A DNA stretch of 64,000 nt from Octopus sinensis (GCF_006345805.1 NC_042999.1:131316001-131380000); one strand, 5' to 3'. Positions 39,050 through 52,900 are shown, counted from the stretch's first letter. The notes: generated by a model not told the origin, from the sequence alone. Translations and numbers: made by a program.

Positions 39050-39810
39050 CAATTTATTTTTTATCCTTTTAAAGTTGGAAAAATAAAAAACAATAAAACT
39101 CTCCCCATTTTATTGTTTGATGTTGGTGGTTAGATAACAGCCAGACACTGAGGAAGAAAGAACTTAACCATTTGATTATGAAATGAACAAAACTCAGCAA
39201 AAGTGATGTAGAAAATTTGTATTGATTTCTTTTTTGTCAGCAACAGCAAAGTTTGTAAAGCATACATACTTGGATTGATACATGATACAATGCCAATAGA
39301 AAAAACTGCACTTTGCTGCCAACTTGAGTTAACAGAAATCAAATAGAACATGAAATTTAAAAATTAAAAAAAAAAATTAAAATAAAAAAAAAAAAAGATA
39401 AGACTTCCCCCACAGTTCTGTAAATAGCCTTTCGGCTATAAACTTAAACTCATTTTAAATGAATGTTTTGTTTAAAACATGAATTTAAAAAAAAATAAAA
39501 GAATTTGTTTTCTTATATAAAGAAAAAAATAACAAAAATATTATTTTCAAATAGAAAGAAAATAGGGAGAGAGAGACGGACAGATAGAAAGAGGGAAAGT
39601 GGGGGAAGCAAGATTTGAGGGAAACATATAGAACAAACAATGAATAGTGATGGACTAGAGACGAAATATATTTGACAGACAGACAGCATGATGCTGTGCA
39701 GCAGCCCCCTTCCCAACCCAAACAATGCAAGAGCACCCGGTATTACCCAAGCAGGCAAAATGGTAGCGGTAGCAGTGGTTGTTTTTCAAGTCTTTAAATT
39801 CTGTTTAATG
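39050..39810 (-). other. Probable 3' UTR of gene 2
   Basis: U-rich, TE-free sequence after the stop; AATAAA on minus strand near 39110 and 39055. Confidence 0.45.
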
Positions 39811-40459
39811 TCACATCTGCGTGTTTTCTGTAACTTTATTAACAGGAGGAGGAACAGGGGGTGGTGGAACAGGGCGGAAAGACAAGCGGTTGCTGCTCTG
39901 CCGAGTGAATGTGGCACTAGAGCTGCAAGCAGAGGAGTTAGGGGGGCCAGGCAGCTTATCATTCACAGTAGCATTTGTTAGAGAAGACTGAGCATGGTTA
40001 AAAGCAATTCCAGATTCTTGCTCAGTTTCATAGTCGAAGTTGGGTTCATACAAAGATGTGGCTAAAGTACCTGTTGCTTGGCATTGTGATGTAGAACTTC
40101 CAAAACTACCAGTTGATGCAGATCTTTGGTGACATGAACTGGGGACAACAGGTGGTGGTCCTTTTGGTCTTTCAGGGGGTTGTAGACGTCGATGTTCAGA
40201 TTTCTTTTCTGGTGTCGTTGGCATTTTGTTCTTTTCTCGTTCAGAACTATTACTATTGTTAGTAGTCAAAGTATCCAGTCCACTTGAAGCTGATGCTTTT
40301 TCTTCTGATATTTGTCCACCAGTGTTTGTATTACGGGGCCAGGTCATACAAGACATTTTAGATTGTGCAAATGACGATACAGCTACAGAATGGGGTCGTT
40401 CTGGTGGAGGTGGAGGTGCAGGCTTTTTGGCTGGTATTGGTTTCTTTGGAGTAGCTTCA
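39811..40459 (-). CDS. Terminal coding exon of a Pro-rich protein ending ENTQM*, possibly ARHGAP17/44 (RICH)-like RhoGAP
   Basis: aaacag| acceptor (phase 2); KKPAPPPPPERP, PPERPKGPPP, RPVPPPPVPPP motifs; class I PDZ-ligand-like C-terminus (cf. ESTAL of RICH1/2); identity inferred, no catalytic domain in window. Confidence 0.75.
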
Positions 40460-40776
40460 CTGTTTCAAAGAGACACAAAAATTAAAAGCAACATTTCAAA
40501 ATGTTTAATAATCACATTTTTTTTTACAAATTATTTTACATAAAAATACAGACATCATATTTCACCATTCTTTATAAGTTTTATTTACAATAATTTTAAA
40601 AATGAATCACACATTATGGAAACTATCTTCTATCAAATAAATATTTTGCAGTTTGTTTCAAACATAGATATAAAAGCAATGTTATTGCATAGCTGTTACA
40701 AGTGAAAATATTGTAGAACATAGACTGAAGGAAAGTCAATGTTCTAGAGATAGTAAGTCAAAGCAATTAATATTTG

Positions 40777-40812
<36 letters not shown>

Positions 40813-40908
40813 CGGGAAGCTTTATGAAAATAAACAAAAGACGAAGGCAGGTGGAAAACAAACGAACAATTGTATTAGTATGGCGCTCAGGAAATATAAA
40901 TAAAACAA

Positions 40909-40945
40909 GTCTTTAACGTTTCGAGCCTACGCTCTTCAACAGAAA
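40909..40945 (-). ncRNA. Variant hammerhead motif in short TA-embedded element
   Basis: TTT-CTGTTGA-A-GAGC-GTAG-GCTC-GAAACGTTA-AAGAC; perfect 4-bp stem II, AACGTT palindrome, core A6>U. Confidence 0.55.
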
Positions 40946-40983
40946 CATACACAGAGAGAGAAAAACACAGAAAGAAGGAGAGA

Positions 40984-41017
<34 letters not shown>

Positions 41018-41020
<3 letters not shown>

Positions 41021-42278
41021 GGTATCCTAAAATTAAGGCAACCAAAGTTTTGGACTTTAATAACTATCAATAAATGTGGTAAGATATGAAAATTATACAT
41101 CATTATGAAAACTTAGTGTGTCTTCTTTTTGTTTCAGACTGAATAAATTCAGATTTATAAATTAGATAATGGTTATAGAACAAAATATTATTGTAACCCT
41201 CCCCAAAGGAGGTGAAAGCAATACAGCTATAACAAAAAAGTTTAAAATTAACCAAACAGCAGCCTGGAAAATTATCAAGAAATTTCAAGAGACTGGTTCC
41301 ACCACTGATCGACCTGGACATGATTGAAAAAGAAGTGTGCGGCCACCTCAGCTTATCAAAAGTACCAGAGAAAAGATATGGTAAATAAACCACAGCAAAA
41401 ATAATCCAAACATCAGTGTATCGAGTGCTGAAGGAGGATCTCAGGACACACCCCTACAAGATGATCCGCTGTTTTGAGCTCACAAGTTTATAAGGCTATG
41501 AGACTGCAGAGAAATCGTCTCATACTGCATTAGATTTCTGAAGGTATGCTGTCCAACCAGGAGTTCACTGATGAAAAGAATTATGACATTAAACAGACAG
41601 TAAATGATCAGAATGACCGACTTTGGAGCGTGTCTGACTCCATCAAGGGTAGACTCATAAATTAACATCAAAATCTACAATCAGTTATAGTTTTGGTGGC
41701 TGTAACAGTCACTGGAAAGTCTCCCCTCATTTTTGTGCCCTTGGGTGTTAAAATTAACACCCAGCAATACATTAGCAACATTCTGGAAGCTAGAACTGTT
41801 TTCATGGGGTGAACGAGCACTTTCAAGGTGAATCTTGGAGTTTCCAACAGGACTCAGTAGCATCCTACAGCTCTAAACAGATATAAAACTGGAAATACAT
41901 TCAGAAATACATTTCATTGTTCATAGGCAACGGTGCATGGCCCTCAAGAAGTCCTGATCTCAACTTGCTGGATTTTTCTGTTTGGTTCGTTTAGGAGACA
42001 AGGGTTGCAAGCACTCCTCATGCTTCACTTGCTCTGAAGGCAAAAGTGCACCAGGAATGGGTTTCGATTCCTCAAGAACAGCTGTGTACAGCTTGTGAAG
42101 CATTTGCACCTAAACTTAAGGTTGTGATTCAAAACAGGTGGTTATATTGAATAAATGTGGTAGTGTCATAATTGCGTTTCCTTTACCATTGCATTGCAAT
42201 GCTTGGACCCGAAATATAACAATATTTTGTTTTGGCAAGTTTTGTAAAAAACGTTGGTTGCTTTAATTTTGGGACACC

Positions 42279-42281
<3 letters not shown>
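41018..42281 (+). mobile_element. Tc1/mariner-superfamily element (maT/DDxD-like), both TIRs present, decayed
   Basis: CAGGGTATCCTAAAATTAAGGCAACCAA / TTGGTTGCTTTAATTTTGGGACACCCTG, TA flanks; WPSRSPDLNLLDFSVW. Confidence 0.9.
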
Positions 42282-42313
<32 letters not shown>

Positions 42314-42748
42314 CACAGAAAATTATCACAAAATTATTCTAGTACCTTCAAATTATCACAGAAAATCCATGCTGATGAAGAATATGGTTAGTAAAGTATA
42401 TTTTTTAATGTTCTTTATGAAAAAACCTAATTCAGAAAAGCGCGTCCATAGACGATCAGATATTAATTGATTTTCGTTACTTTACTCTCTGCCTGTGTGA
42501 TTAACCTTCAAGTATTTTGGTTTCTCTGGAAGACTCTTTTTAAAGTAGAAGAAATGGCTAAGATTTTTGGCTGCTATTTCTGAACTTTGGTGTGTGGTGA
42601 GGCAATTCTTTGATGAACCCTTTTTATTAGTATTACTAAAATTTACCGTGTAACGGTCCTGTTTTCACACCAAATTCTACTTGGTGAAATTTATTGATTA
42701 CTTCTTAATTAATTAATTTTACCCTTTGTTATTATATATATATATTAC

Positions 42749-42980
42749 ATATTATCCAAAATGTATAGTATTAAATATCCATCATGGCTGGTCTTACCAA
42801 TCAGTTTTGTGTAAAGAATACAATGGAGTGTTAGGTAACAAACCCATTATATAACGATTCTGGTGAGCGTAAAATTATATAACCGGTTTGTTACCTAACA
42901 CTCCATTGTATTCTTTATGTGAAACCGATTGGTAAGACAAGCTGTGATGGATATTTAATACTATACATTTCAGATAATAT
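42749..42980. mobile_element. Fold-back cassette with HHR remnant
   Basis: Arms of about 105 bp; GAAACCGATTGGTAAGAC on plus mirrored by gtcttaccaatcagtttt. Confidence 0.7.
42856..42938 (+). ncRNA. Degenerate hammerhead with long stem II
   Basis: CTGGTGA-GCGTAAA...TTTATGT-GAAAC-CGATTG-GTA-AGAC. Confidence 0.5.
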
Positions 42981-43053
42981 AATCATTCTACTAACAGATA
43001 TACAAGTGCATCTTTTCCCTGACTTATGGTCTCTTAGACAACTCTCACGTTCA

Positions 43054-43096
<43 letters not shown>

Positions 43097-43099
43097 GTA

Positions 43100-44358
43100 C
43101 AGGGGTTGGACAAAAAATGGAAACACCTAGCATCATAATTTTGCAATATCTATAAAACCATCAAAAGCTTGTTTATTTTTATGTTTTGGGATTTATTATT
43201 AGTGTTGCTTAATGTGTTTTGCTAAAATTACTGTTTCTTTTCAGATATCATCAGGAAAAGGTAATTAAAATTCATTAAAATGATAGATCTATTGGACTTT
43301 CAAAGAGGTCAAATTGTTGGTGCTTGTATGCAGGTGCTAGTGTAATGAAAACAGCCGAAATGTTTGGTGTATCAAAAAGTACTGTCTTGAAAATAATGAC
43401 AGCCTTTTAGAAAGAGGGAAAAACTTCCTCGCCAAAACAAAACTCTGAAAGAAAACCAAAACTTTCAGATGGGAACCGTCGGACTCTTATGTGAACTGTT
43501 CAAAAGGATCACAAACATACAGCTCCCAAAATTACTGGAGAGCTTAATGACCACCTCAGGAACCCAGTTCCCACAAAAACTTTGCCAGGAGCTGCACAAA
43601 GCCAGATTTCACAGGAGGGCTGCAACCAGAAAACCACTTCTTTCAAAAACAAACGTTGCTAAGTGTTTAGAGTGGAGTAAAACCTACAGAATTGGTCCCT
43701 AGAGACATGGAAAAATGTTATTTTCTGGGACGAGTCATTCATTACCTTATTTCCAACCACTGACTGAGTATACATGTGGAGACAGCCAAAAGAAGCATTT
43801 GACCCAGAGTGCCTTCTTCCAACTGGTAAACATGGAGGAGGATCGTGATGATCTGGTGGGAGGGCTATATCTTGGAAATCCACTGGCCCAATGGTTTCCC
43901 TTCATGGAAGAATTAATAGTCAAGACTATTTAAGCATTTTATCTGATCAAATTCATCCTATGGTTGCAGAACTGTTTCTGGAGGGAAATGCAATCTTTCA
44001 GGATGATAATGCACCAATTCACACAGCTAAAGTTGTTACTGAATGGCACAAGGAACATTCTAGTGAAATTGAACATCTTATCTGGCCACCACACTCCCCA
44101 TATCTCAATATTATTGAACATTTATGGTGCATTTTAGAAAAACAAGTAAGGAGTTGATATCCTCCACCATCATCACATGAACTGGAGACTGTTTTAAGTG
44201 AAGAATGGACAAAGATTCCTTTGGAAACAATTGAAACTTTGTATGAGTCCATACCTCATAGAATTCAAGCTGTAATTACAGCCAAAGGCGGTCCTACCCC
44301 ATATTAAAGTAATTTATATGAAATTTTAAGGTGTTTCCATTATTTTTTTCAACCCCAG
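43100..44358 (+). mobile_element. Tc1 (DD34E) element, both TIRs present, decayed
   Basis: CAGGGGTTGGACAAAAAATGGAAACACCT and its inverse; FQDDNAPIH..WPPHSPYLNIIEHLW. Confidence 0.92.
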
Positions 44359-44391
<33 letters not shown>

Positions 44392-44510
44392 AAAACCTAC
44401 TTGGAAAAGGATGTGTGGCATTCGATCATATAATAATGTAAATATATGCAAATATACATGTATATATGTACATACATACATATATAATATATACATGCAT
44501 ATATATATAA

Positions 44511-44896
44511 TATATACATGCATATATAGGTACAGGACATCAAAAAAAACATGAACAGAATGAGAAACGAGAACATAAAAAATAAAAACATGGAAAACAA
44601 ACTTTTTACGAACAACGAAAAAACAAACAAACAGAGAAACGAGACATGCAACATATAGAACATTTCCTTCATCAGTTGTCCCTTATTTTATCTACTCTGC
44701 ATTTCAACTTCGAAACATGGAGTAGATAAAGCAGGGGACAACAGATGAAAGGAATGGTCTTTATGCTGCATGTGTCGTTTCTCTGTTTTTCCGTTGTTTG
44801 AAAAAGGTTCGTTTTCTTTATTTTTTTTTACGTTCTTGTTTCTCATTTTGTCTGTTTTTTTGATGTCCGTCCTGTACCTATATATGCATGTATATA
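44511..44896. mobile_element. Fold-back cassette flanked by TA-rich sequence
   Basis: Arms of about 190 bp (ataggtacaggacatcaaaaaaa / ttttttgatgtccgtcctgtacctat). Confidence 0.75.
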
Positions 44897-45023
44897 TATA
44901 CATATATATGTAGGTATGTACATATATGTATATATGCATATATTTATATATTATATATACATATATATACACACACACACACATATATATATATACATAC
45001 ATATATATAAGTCTCAGGACATA

Positions 45024-46196
45024 CAAGTTAGACAAGTTGATATACAAAAAATACTAAATACATTTAATACAAAAAATGTATATATCATTGTTATTATGCA
45101 AAAGTGCAAGTCCAGAAAATAGCTTCACCATTCTATTTCTTTTTACATTAGCAAAAGATTCAGCTTATCAATAATACTTTGTTGGGTGCATAAAATTGTA
45201 ACTCCATGAATGTATGATATATTCAGCCAGAAATATTTTTGCCAAACTGTTGTATGTGGCACTTACTACACTTTTAGAAAATGCTAAACCATTTTACTAT
45301 ACTTTGGTAATTCTCATATCTTGGCATCTGAAGCAGCTGGAGATATGATAGTTTAACCAAAAGAACCAGCTATTGCAAACAAAATTAAATTTGAAAAAAA
45401 AAAACACATTTAGTTGAATCAAATTCAGACATAGGACATAATAGCAAAAGTATGTAAGCTATAAAAAAGTCTGACTTACACAGAATTTAAGAAGACCCCC
45501 ACTCCTTTGAAAACTAACTAATCTACCTCTAACCCCTCCCTACTCACACCCTTCTATTCAATTCCATTCTCTTCCCTTTACCATAACACCACACCTCTAA
45601 TACCAACCCAATTCCTTTGTCCCACTAACAACTACTCTTGACCACCTTCTCACTCCACTCAGCTACTGAGCCAGTCAACTCATTTCCCACAAATCATAGC
45701 CATCCCTTTTCACTTTCTCAACCTTTTAAATTCATACAAACTAACTCAAAGGTCATCATTCACATACTACCTAAATCACCCTTTCCCATCCTCCCACTTC
45801 TACTACTATCACTAACTTCATTATTACCACCCCTCCCGAAATCTATTTTCTCCTCCCACTACTCTCTATCTAACCACCCCCCTAACTCCTCTTCCTAATA
45901 CACTTAGTTCTCCACAAAATCATTCCATCTTTAAACTCCATTCTGTCAACACCTCAAATGTAAAATTCTTCTTTGATGACAGAGGCTGGTGGTATCCATT
46001 GATGGAATCAAGTTATAATCATTATTTTGGACAGCCAAACCCCCAGAAACAGTTGTTGGACTCATAAAACTCAACTCCTTTAATCCCTGATATCATTTAT
46101 ATTCTGTGTATGTTGGACTTTTCTATATGCATACATATGTACATTTTTTGCATTAAATGTATTTAATAGTTTTTGTATACCAACTTGCCTAACTTG
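45024..46196 (+). mobile_element. Putative Penelope-like relic bounded by about 57 bp inverted repeats, with a C-rich 3' region and degenerate HHR (about 45969-46061)
   Basis: 45024-45080 is the reverse complement of 46140-46196; TTGATGA...GAAAC-AGTT-GTT-GGAC. Confidence 0.5.
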
Positions 46197-46340
46197 CTTG
46201 TACTTACATTTACTCCTCTACCTGCTCAAGGTTAAATCTCTTGAGCACTATGAAGTATATTCTATACAGAGAATATCTGTCTCTAATCTATAAACTACAT
46301 ACACACACACACACATATATATATATATATTATTTATATA

Positions 46341-47460
46341 CTGGGTTTTGCAAAAGTCCTGCTACACTAGGTTTTGATCTTTCGAGAGATGCCGTCAAAC
46401 ACTTAAAATTCTACTTTTCCAGCACGTGTCATTAAAATGTCTTTTCCATTGTATGCAGGTGTATCGAGATGGAAGCAAAAAGAATCTATATCTCTGCTCT
46501 TCTGCACGTGGGCTACAAGTCCAACATTACCAAGTGGCTCAATGTCAGCCAGATGACTGTCCACAGAGTTGTGGAGAGGCTCACGAATAGGAAAGACTTC
46601 AAAGATCGACCTTGATCAGGCAGACCTCCAGTTGTCAACTGTTTGGCTGTGAGAAAGGCCTTCAAAAGTGATTTGAAGCTCAAATTGACAGTGCTTGCAA
46701 AGAACATCTTGGTGGTCACAGTGTCCAGAATGAGGTTGGCAAGAGCTTGAGGTGCATGCAAAGGCCTCTGCTCACCAACCATATGCAAGAACAACGTCAG
46801 GAGCATTGCTGTTGCTTTCTCAATGACTTGACGTGTCATGGCAATTGAATTCTCATTTTTTCTGATGAAAAACACCTTCACAGTTGATCCAGCAGAACAA
46901 CCGCATGGTCAGCTTTAGGTCCTCTATGTGTCCATGACCAAGCCTCCATAATGATGCTTGGCATTGTGGCTTTGAATGGTGAGAAGATGATGCCAGTGTG
47001 TTTCACAGCTGGTTACAAGCTCACTGCAGTCAACTACAGGGACATAGATCACAAAGAAGGCAGGATGGTGCTCTGGCCTACACACCCAAGGCTGTGAAAG
47101 AGTGGCTGGGGTTGAACATGAACTTCTAGTCAAAGGGATTTTGGCTGCTGCAGTTGCCCAATCTCAACCTCCTCAACTACAGCATAAGGGCACATGTCGA
47201 GGGCAAGGCCTGCAAAGTCGACAAGCTGAAGTCCTCTGTCAACCATGTGTGGGCCAGCAGGAGAATGGACTTTGTTTGCAACATGTGCGCAGACTTCAGG
47301 TCTCACAGCCGCCAAGGGTGGCTACATTGATTTATATTAATATTTAAACACATTTTTATATGTTAAAACAATAAAAACATATCTAACTGCATCAAAGCTA
47401 ACATTGTATCCTTTGGTGAGATTGTTGTAACAAGTGTAACAGGACTCTTGCAAAGCCCGG
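46341..47460 (+). mobile_element. Tc1/mariner-superfamily element (maT-like), both TIRs present, decayed
   Basis: CTGGGTTTTGCAAAAGTCCTGCTACACT / AGTGTAACAGGACTCTTGCAAAGCCCGG in (TA)n; FSDEKHL..; PNLNLLNYSI. Confidence 0.85.
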
Positions 47461-47493
<33 letters not shown>

Positions 47494-48366
47494 GAATATG
47501 AGAACTCAGTGGTTAGATTTATCTGGTTAATATTTAGTTTTAACTAGGCAGATTAATGGTTAGATAGAGAGCATGTGGTTTTCAGAGAAGAAAGCTTGAC
47601 AAAAAAGTTTAACATTGCTGTTTACTAGGTGAGAGTGCATCAAATGAGGTTTAAATAGAATGATATTGCATTGGTGATCCCAGAAAAGCAGAAAATGAGA
47701 GCAGCAAATAGAAGAGAGAGAGAGAGAGAAGCAATTTAATACAGAGTTGGTTGTTGTGGAATGTCATCTATTAGATGAGAATTTCTTTGAGGTAATCTAA
47801 TGCGTATTTTGGGTACAGTTCCTTAAATACTGCTTCATATATGTAAATAAGCAGGTTATTTTTTGCAAATCTCTTTATATATAATGACAAATAATGTATT
47901 CTTTTTAATTCTGAAGTTGTCAGTTGTCATTTTCAAATTTTTACTGATAACTGTACATCTGCCTATATCTGGTATTTAAGTATTACTGCTACATCTTGGT
48001 ACACCCTGTGCACTCTGTAGAATTTCAAAGTCAACATTTCAAACTGCTTAACAAATATTTGCAAATATTTTCCCTATGAAATAAACTGCCAACCATTTGT
48101 ATCAGGATACATCTTTTGAAAATAGATCTCAAGGAAAGCAAAGGAGGACTTTGTTCAATAACTAGAACACGTATCAACAAGCGAGTTTTATAAGCTATGG
48201 TCACCTAACTTTCACTTTTTTCTCTAATGAATAACAATAAAACATAATACCTCAAGAGCATAGAAGCATTAGTAAAATGTTACAGAAGATATCCATGTAA
48301 GGAATGAATATGATTGTTTTTTTTTTTATATTCAAAATAAAAACAGCCATGCAAACTAATACTTAC

Positions 48367-48664
48367 ACATCAGAAGGAAAATTAGTAGCTATACAACTTG
48401 TAGAGAGATTCTGAGGTTTTTTTGATAATTCTAAATTAGCTCCAGTTTGCATTGCAATAGGTTGAGGAGTAGGAAGAGTATGACAAGAAGTACTAGTTGC
48501 TGGTCTAGTTGTTGATTTTGGTACTGTTTGAATTGTTGAACTTGTCCCACTCAAAGCATTTGTAACAGTTGAAGCAGTCATGACTTCATTCTTACTAGTT
48601 ACAGAATTTGTTGAGGTGTTGATTGTATCGGCAGAGTCAACAAGTGCAACTGAGAAATCAATAT
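48367..48664 (-). CDS. Penultimate coding exon (Ser/Thr-rich) of gene 2
   Basis: ctgcag|AT ATT GAT... open for 298 nt to GAT GT|gtaagt; phase 1-2, joins the 40459 exon in frame (PSDV-EATPKK). Confidence 0.8.
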
Positions 48665-49883
48665 CTGCAGAGAAGCAGTAAAAAACACAAGATAATGGAA
48701 TCAACATAACAATCGTGCCAAATATATTTTAAAACTTATCACAATCACAAAGCAGTTTCTTAACATTGTAAAATGAAATTTAGTTGAGATTAGTTATAGA
48801 AAAAGTTATGAAAACACAGTATGATATATGAAGATAATGTTATCTTGAAAGGATGACTATTTGAAGGCTAAAGTATACTTCTAAATACTAATGAATATAT
48901 CAGATTTGTGAAAGAAATTAATGACATAAAAAAACATGCTTGTCTTTTGTTTTTTCATGAAGAGTTTATTACCAACTAAAAATTTTAAAGCTGACATTAA
49001 CATTAGAACAATGTCCCTACTGCCCAGGTTATTACAGATAAAGTGGATTGCTCAGACAATATAACACAAAAGAAACAACTGTTATATTAACAGTTTATGT
49101 TCCTTCAACACTTCATTGTGTCTCAGGTCAAAATATATTTCAGTTTTATATAGTCTAGATTTTCTAGCTGAGCATAGTACCACTAGGTTGGAATGACTTG
49201 CTTCTGTAATTAGCAACTCACAGATTAGAACAGAGTCTCCTAATTGTCTAAGGCAATCTTGCCATTTGGTTTATACTTTGTCTGATCAGCAAAATGAAGA
49301 ATAAAAAATGAAATAAGGAATAAAATTTATCTCAAAATGCTTCATTTTGTTCTTAGTTCTATTATGCATTTTCTTCCTTAGAATCTGACCATGAAGATAG
49401 AATTGTAACCTATAGTGAACCTGACTCCACCCCTACTTTTTTGTCCATTTCTTTATTTCTGTAGTTTGTACTTTGATTATAATTGTATTTTGTCTGTCTC
49501 TAAATCTATGGGTTTGGTTTTGTCTGTAAACTGCTGAAAATGACACAGCCCTTTGAGTACCTGTTCTAACACTGAGTGAAATAACAGGAGAATCTAATGA
49601 AAGACTTATTTAAACAATCACCTGTGGAAGCACATTTTACTTTAGCTGCATGACAATGATTATACAACATCTCACCTATTACTACAGGTGTAGAAATATG
49701 TAAAGAATGATGTTCATTCCATTTTTTATCATTTATATAAATTCTACAGATACTATGGAATTCCTGATGTATATCCAGTAGCAGGAGCATTTCCACTGTA
49801 TGACATCTGGTAGCCAACAACTGCAAATGAGCTTTGAATAGCATTCTACAGAGTTTTTACTTGAATCATATGCAACTATATAT

Positions 49884-49943
<60 letters not shown>

Positions 49944-52900
49944 AATATTTGTTGATTCGCCAAATATTCATATGGTAAATATTTCAAAAGCAAGTGGAAA
50001 TTATAAGGATTAATTATAATAATTACAAGATTTACTTTGGAATCATCTGCAATTTCCTACTTAATAAGCTATATATTTAAAATTATTCAAGTTAATAACT
50101 TTCAGCAATATGTATATGTCAATGAATAGGAGAGAAGAGAAAAAGAATGTGTGTGTATGTATGTATGTGTGTGTGTATGTATGTGTGTATGATACAAATA
50201 TAATAATATAAAAACATTAACCAAGTGAGTGCATTATGTTAACATGTCTTCCATTAAGCAAAGAATAAGAATGAAAAAAAAAAGTTAATAGCAATAAAAT
50301 TATGTAATGATATGCAGAATGATTCGTGATTGCTCAGCTAAAGAAAGTGGCTTTTTGTAAAAGTCTATATGAAATACAAGCTTTGGCAAGACAAACAAAT
50401 ACAAGCAGGAAACTAAGATAGTATACAATTTGATGTTTTCTGAGTGAATAAGTAGCAAACAGTCACTTTGATCCAAACTCTAATTGAATGAACTTGAAAT
50501 AAAATTCTATTTAGTTACAATTAAAAGTGTGATAAAGCAGGATCCTACAAATTGATCCTGTAGTTTTAAAGTAACCAGCTGGAATCAAAAGAAAATTTCA
50601 CAAAAAATTAAGTCATACATTTTTAACAGATGGTAGTTTTAAAATAAAGATCCAAATGAGTTCACAGTTATGGAACTAAAAGTTAAGCTGAATGCAGCTA
50701 ATGTGACATAGTTCAGCTTTTAAAGAGTTGAATAATAATAATAATAATATGGTTCAAGGTTCTAAAAGAAAATGAAATTATACCATAGCAAAAAGAAATT
50801 GAATAACAGAATTAATAATAATGCAACTCCCATCAGATCCCCTACATTATTCTGCATGGATCATGTTGTATTTCAGTTCAAAAGATAGGATTTGACAGAA
50901 GAAAATTTTAGAGCACTGATACATCCTTAGTAAACTATTGATTACTGTTCAACCAGTTCTAACAACTGACTATTAAATCATTACAATCAACTATATAAAA
51001 AAAATTAATAAACAATTCACTACATTTATTCTTATTTGCTTATTGTGTGAATTCTCTAGTGGGTTTTAAATATTTTATGCTTGAAAATATTAATGTTGAA
51101 AATTTAAAACATTTTTTTAAAAATATAAAATAATAATTTAGATGTTAGTCTGCTTTACAAAAATACAAATTCCAATTACCCCTACATCTTAAATGCCTTA
51201 ATTAAAATGTGTAAAAGACCTCCTTGTAGTTAATTCTAAAAACATGGTCCACTTTCAGAGTTCAGTGTAAAAAATTATGAACAATCTGTTTCAATAACTT
51301 TACTAAAACTAACTTTATCACAGAGAAGGCATTTAGTCATTATCAAGTCACCCAGAAACAGATTTTTGCACATATTGGTTTGTTTAATTAGGTACAAGGT
51401 TGTTATTTTTGAAACAGAACAAAATAATTTATTACTGAAACCTATCTTACTGACTCCAGAGTGAAATCAGAACAAAATGATGGATTCACAAAGATAATTT
51501 AATAAATTTAGACTAATCACAGATTAAATAGTTATTGCAGGTAATTTTCTATATTGTTAAGTAAACTGGTTCCTCTCATCAAAAAATGGCATTATCTAAA
51601 ATCTAGAAGCTATATAAAAATTTGTCACTCAATTTCTTCCTGTTGCAAATGGTAGAGGTTTTCTTATATACACGAGAAGTATTTTTTTTATAACCTCAAT
51701 ACTGAAATGTTAAAGTGATAATCTAATAATTTAAGCTCTCAACAAGAAAGCACACTACATTTTGTTGTATCAGCTCCAGAAAGCCTCACCAATATACTCA
51801 ATTTATTATTTTATGTCTTAACAATCTTAAAGCTTCAATGGAATCTTTTGAAAGCTTGATCTTAGATGAAACTTATATTAAAAACTATCTTCTGCATGCA
51901 TCAATTTCCATTTATGATAAATTCACAAGACTTGATAATAATGGTATACCAGTACAGCTCTGCATTCTGACCAAACCATATCTCTATAAGGAACAAATAA
52001 TGATGTGTCTCTTAAGTTACTGATTTCTTATATTTGCACTTATCAAAGAGCAAATAATATTTCTGTCTTTAAATGATTAGTATAGCCTGTCATTTCTACA
52101 CAGTAACCTGTATATTTTATTTAACATTTGATCTATGTAAATACCTATCATCACAGAAATATCCATGCAACCCTTATATGTTTCACAGACTTATTTTTAA
52201 TATATTGCAATAGACTATTATTTCAGTTTTCATTACATGAGTAATTTTTAAAAAAAGTATATTTCAGCTTTGGAATTTAAGAAAATCTATTATTTTCCAC
52301 AAACATATTTCTTACATTGTTTCAAGTTATCCTAATAACAAAAAATTCTATTAATTTCTCAATGTTAAAAGCTAAAACAAAAACAAATGACTGAGTTAGA
52401 AAAACTGCTGACCTCCCACCTCCCAAATGGTTTTGTGAATGTTATACTGGCTGGAACCAGTAAAGTGTAAAAGAAATTTAAAAAAAAACAACAATCATTG
52501 GTCAATTCAAAATAGCAATGCTTGGAGGCATTTTTGAAATAATTATAATAGTATTTATTAGAAAAATGAGAATGTTGGAAAATTAAAACACTTTGAGGAC
52601 TTATAAAAAAACTTAGGAAATGATCAAAGGAAATAAAAAAATTAAAATACAATTGAAGTAAATGTTTAATTGCTTATTTGAGGATGATTTAGTGTGGAGA
52701 ATTGCAAATGGTTTGCGTATGTATTTGGTAATCTGAAAATCTTAGACATTTTCAGTCATACTGAAATTATGTATTAAGTGTAAATAATGCAAGGGATTAA
52801 AAGAGCATTGCTTTTTGAATGAGACCAAAGTAAAGAACATATAGCACCTGTAAAGGAAGTAAAGAAGATAACTGCAAAGGGAAAAAGAACTCTATGAACT

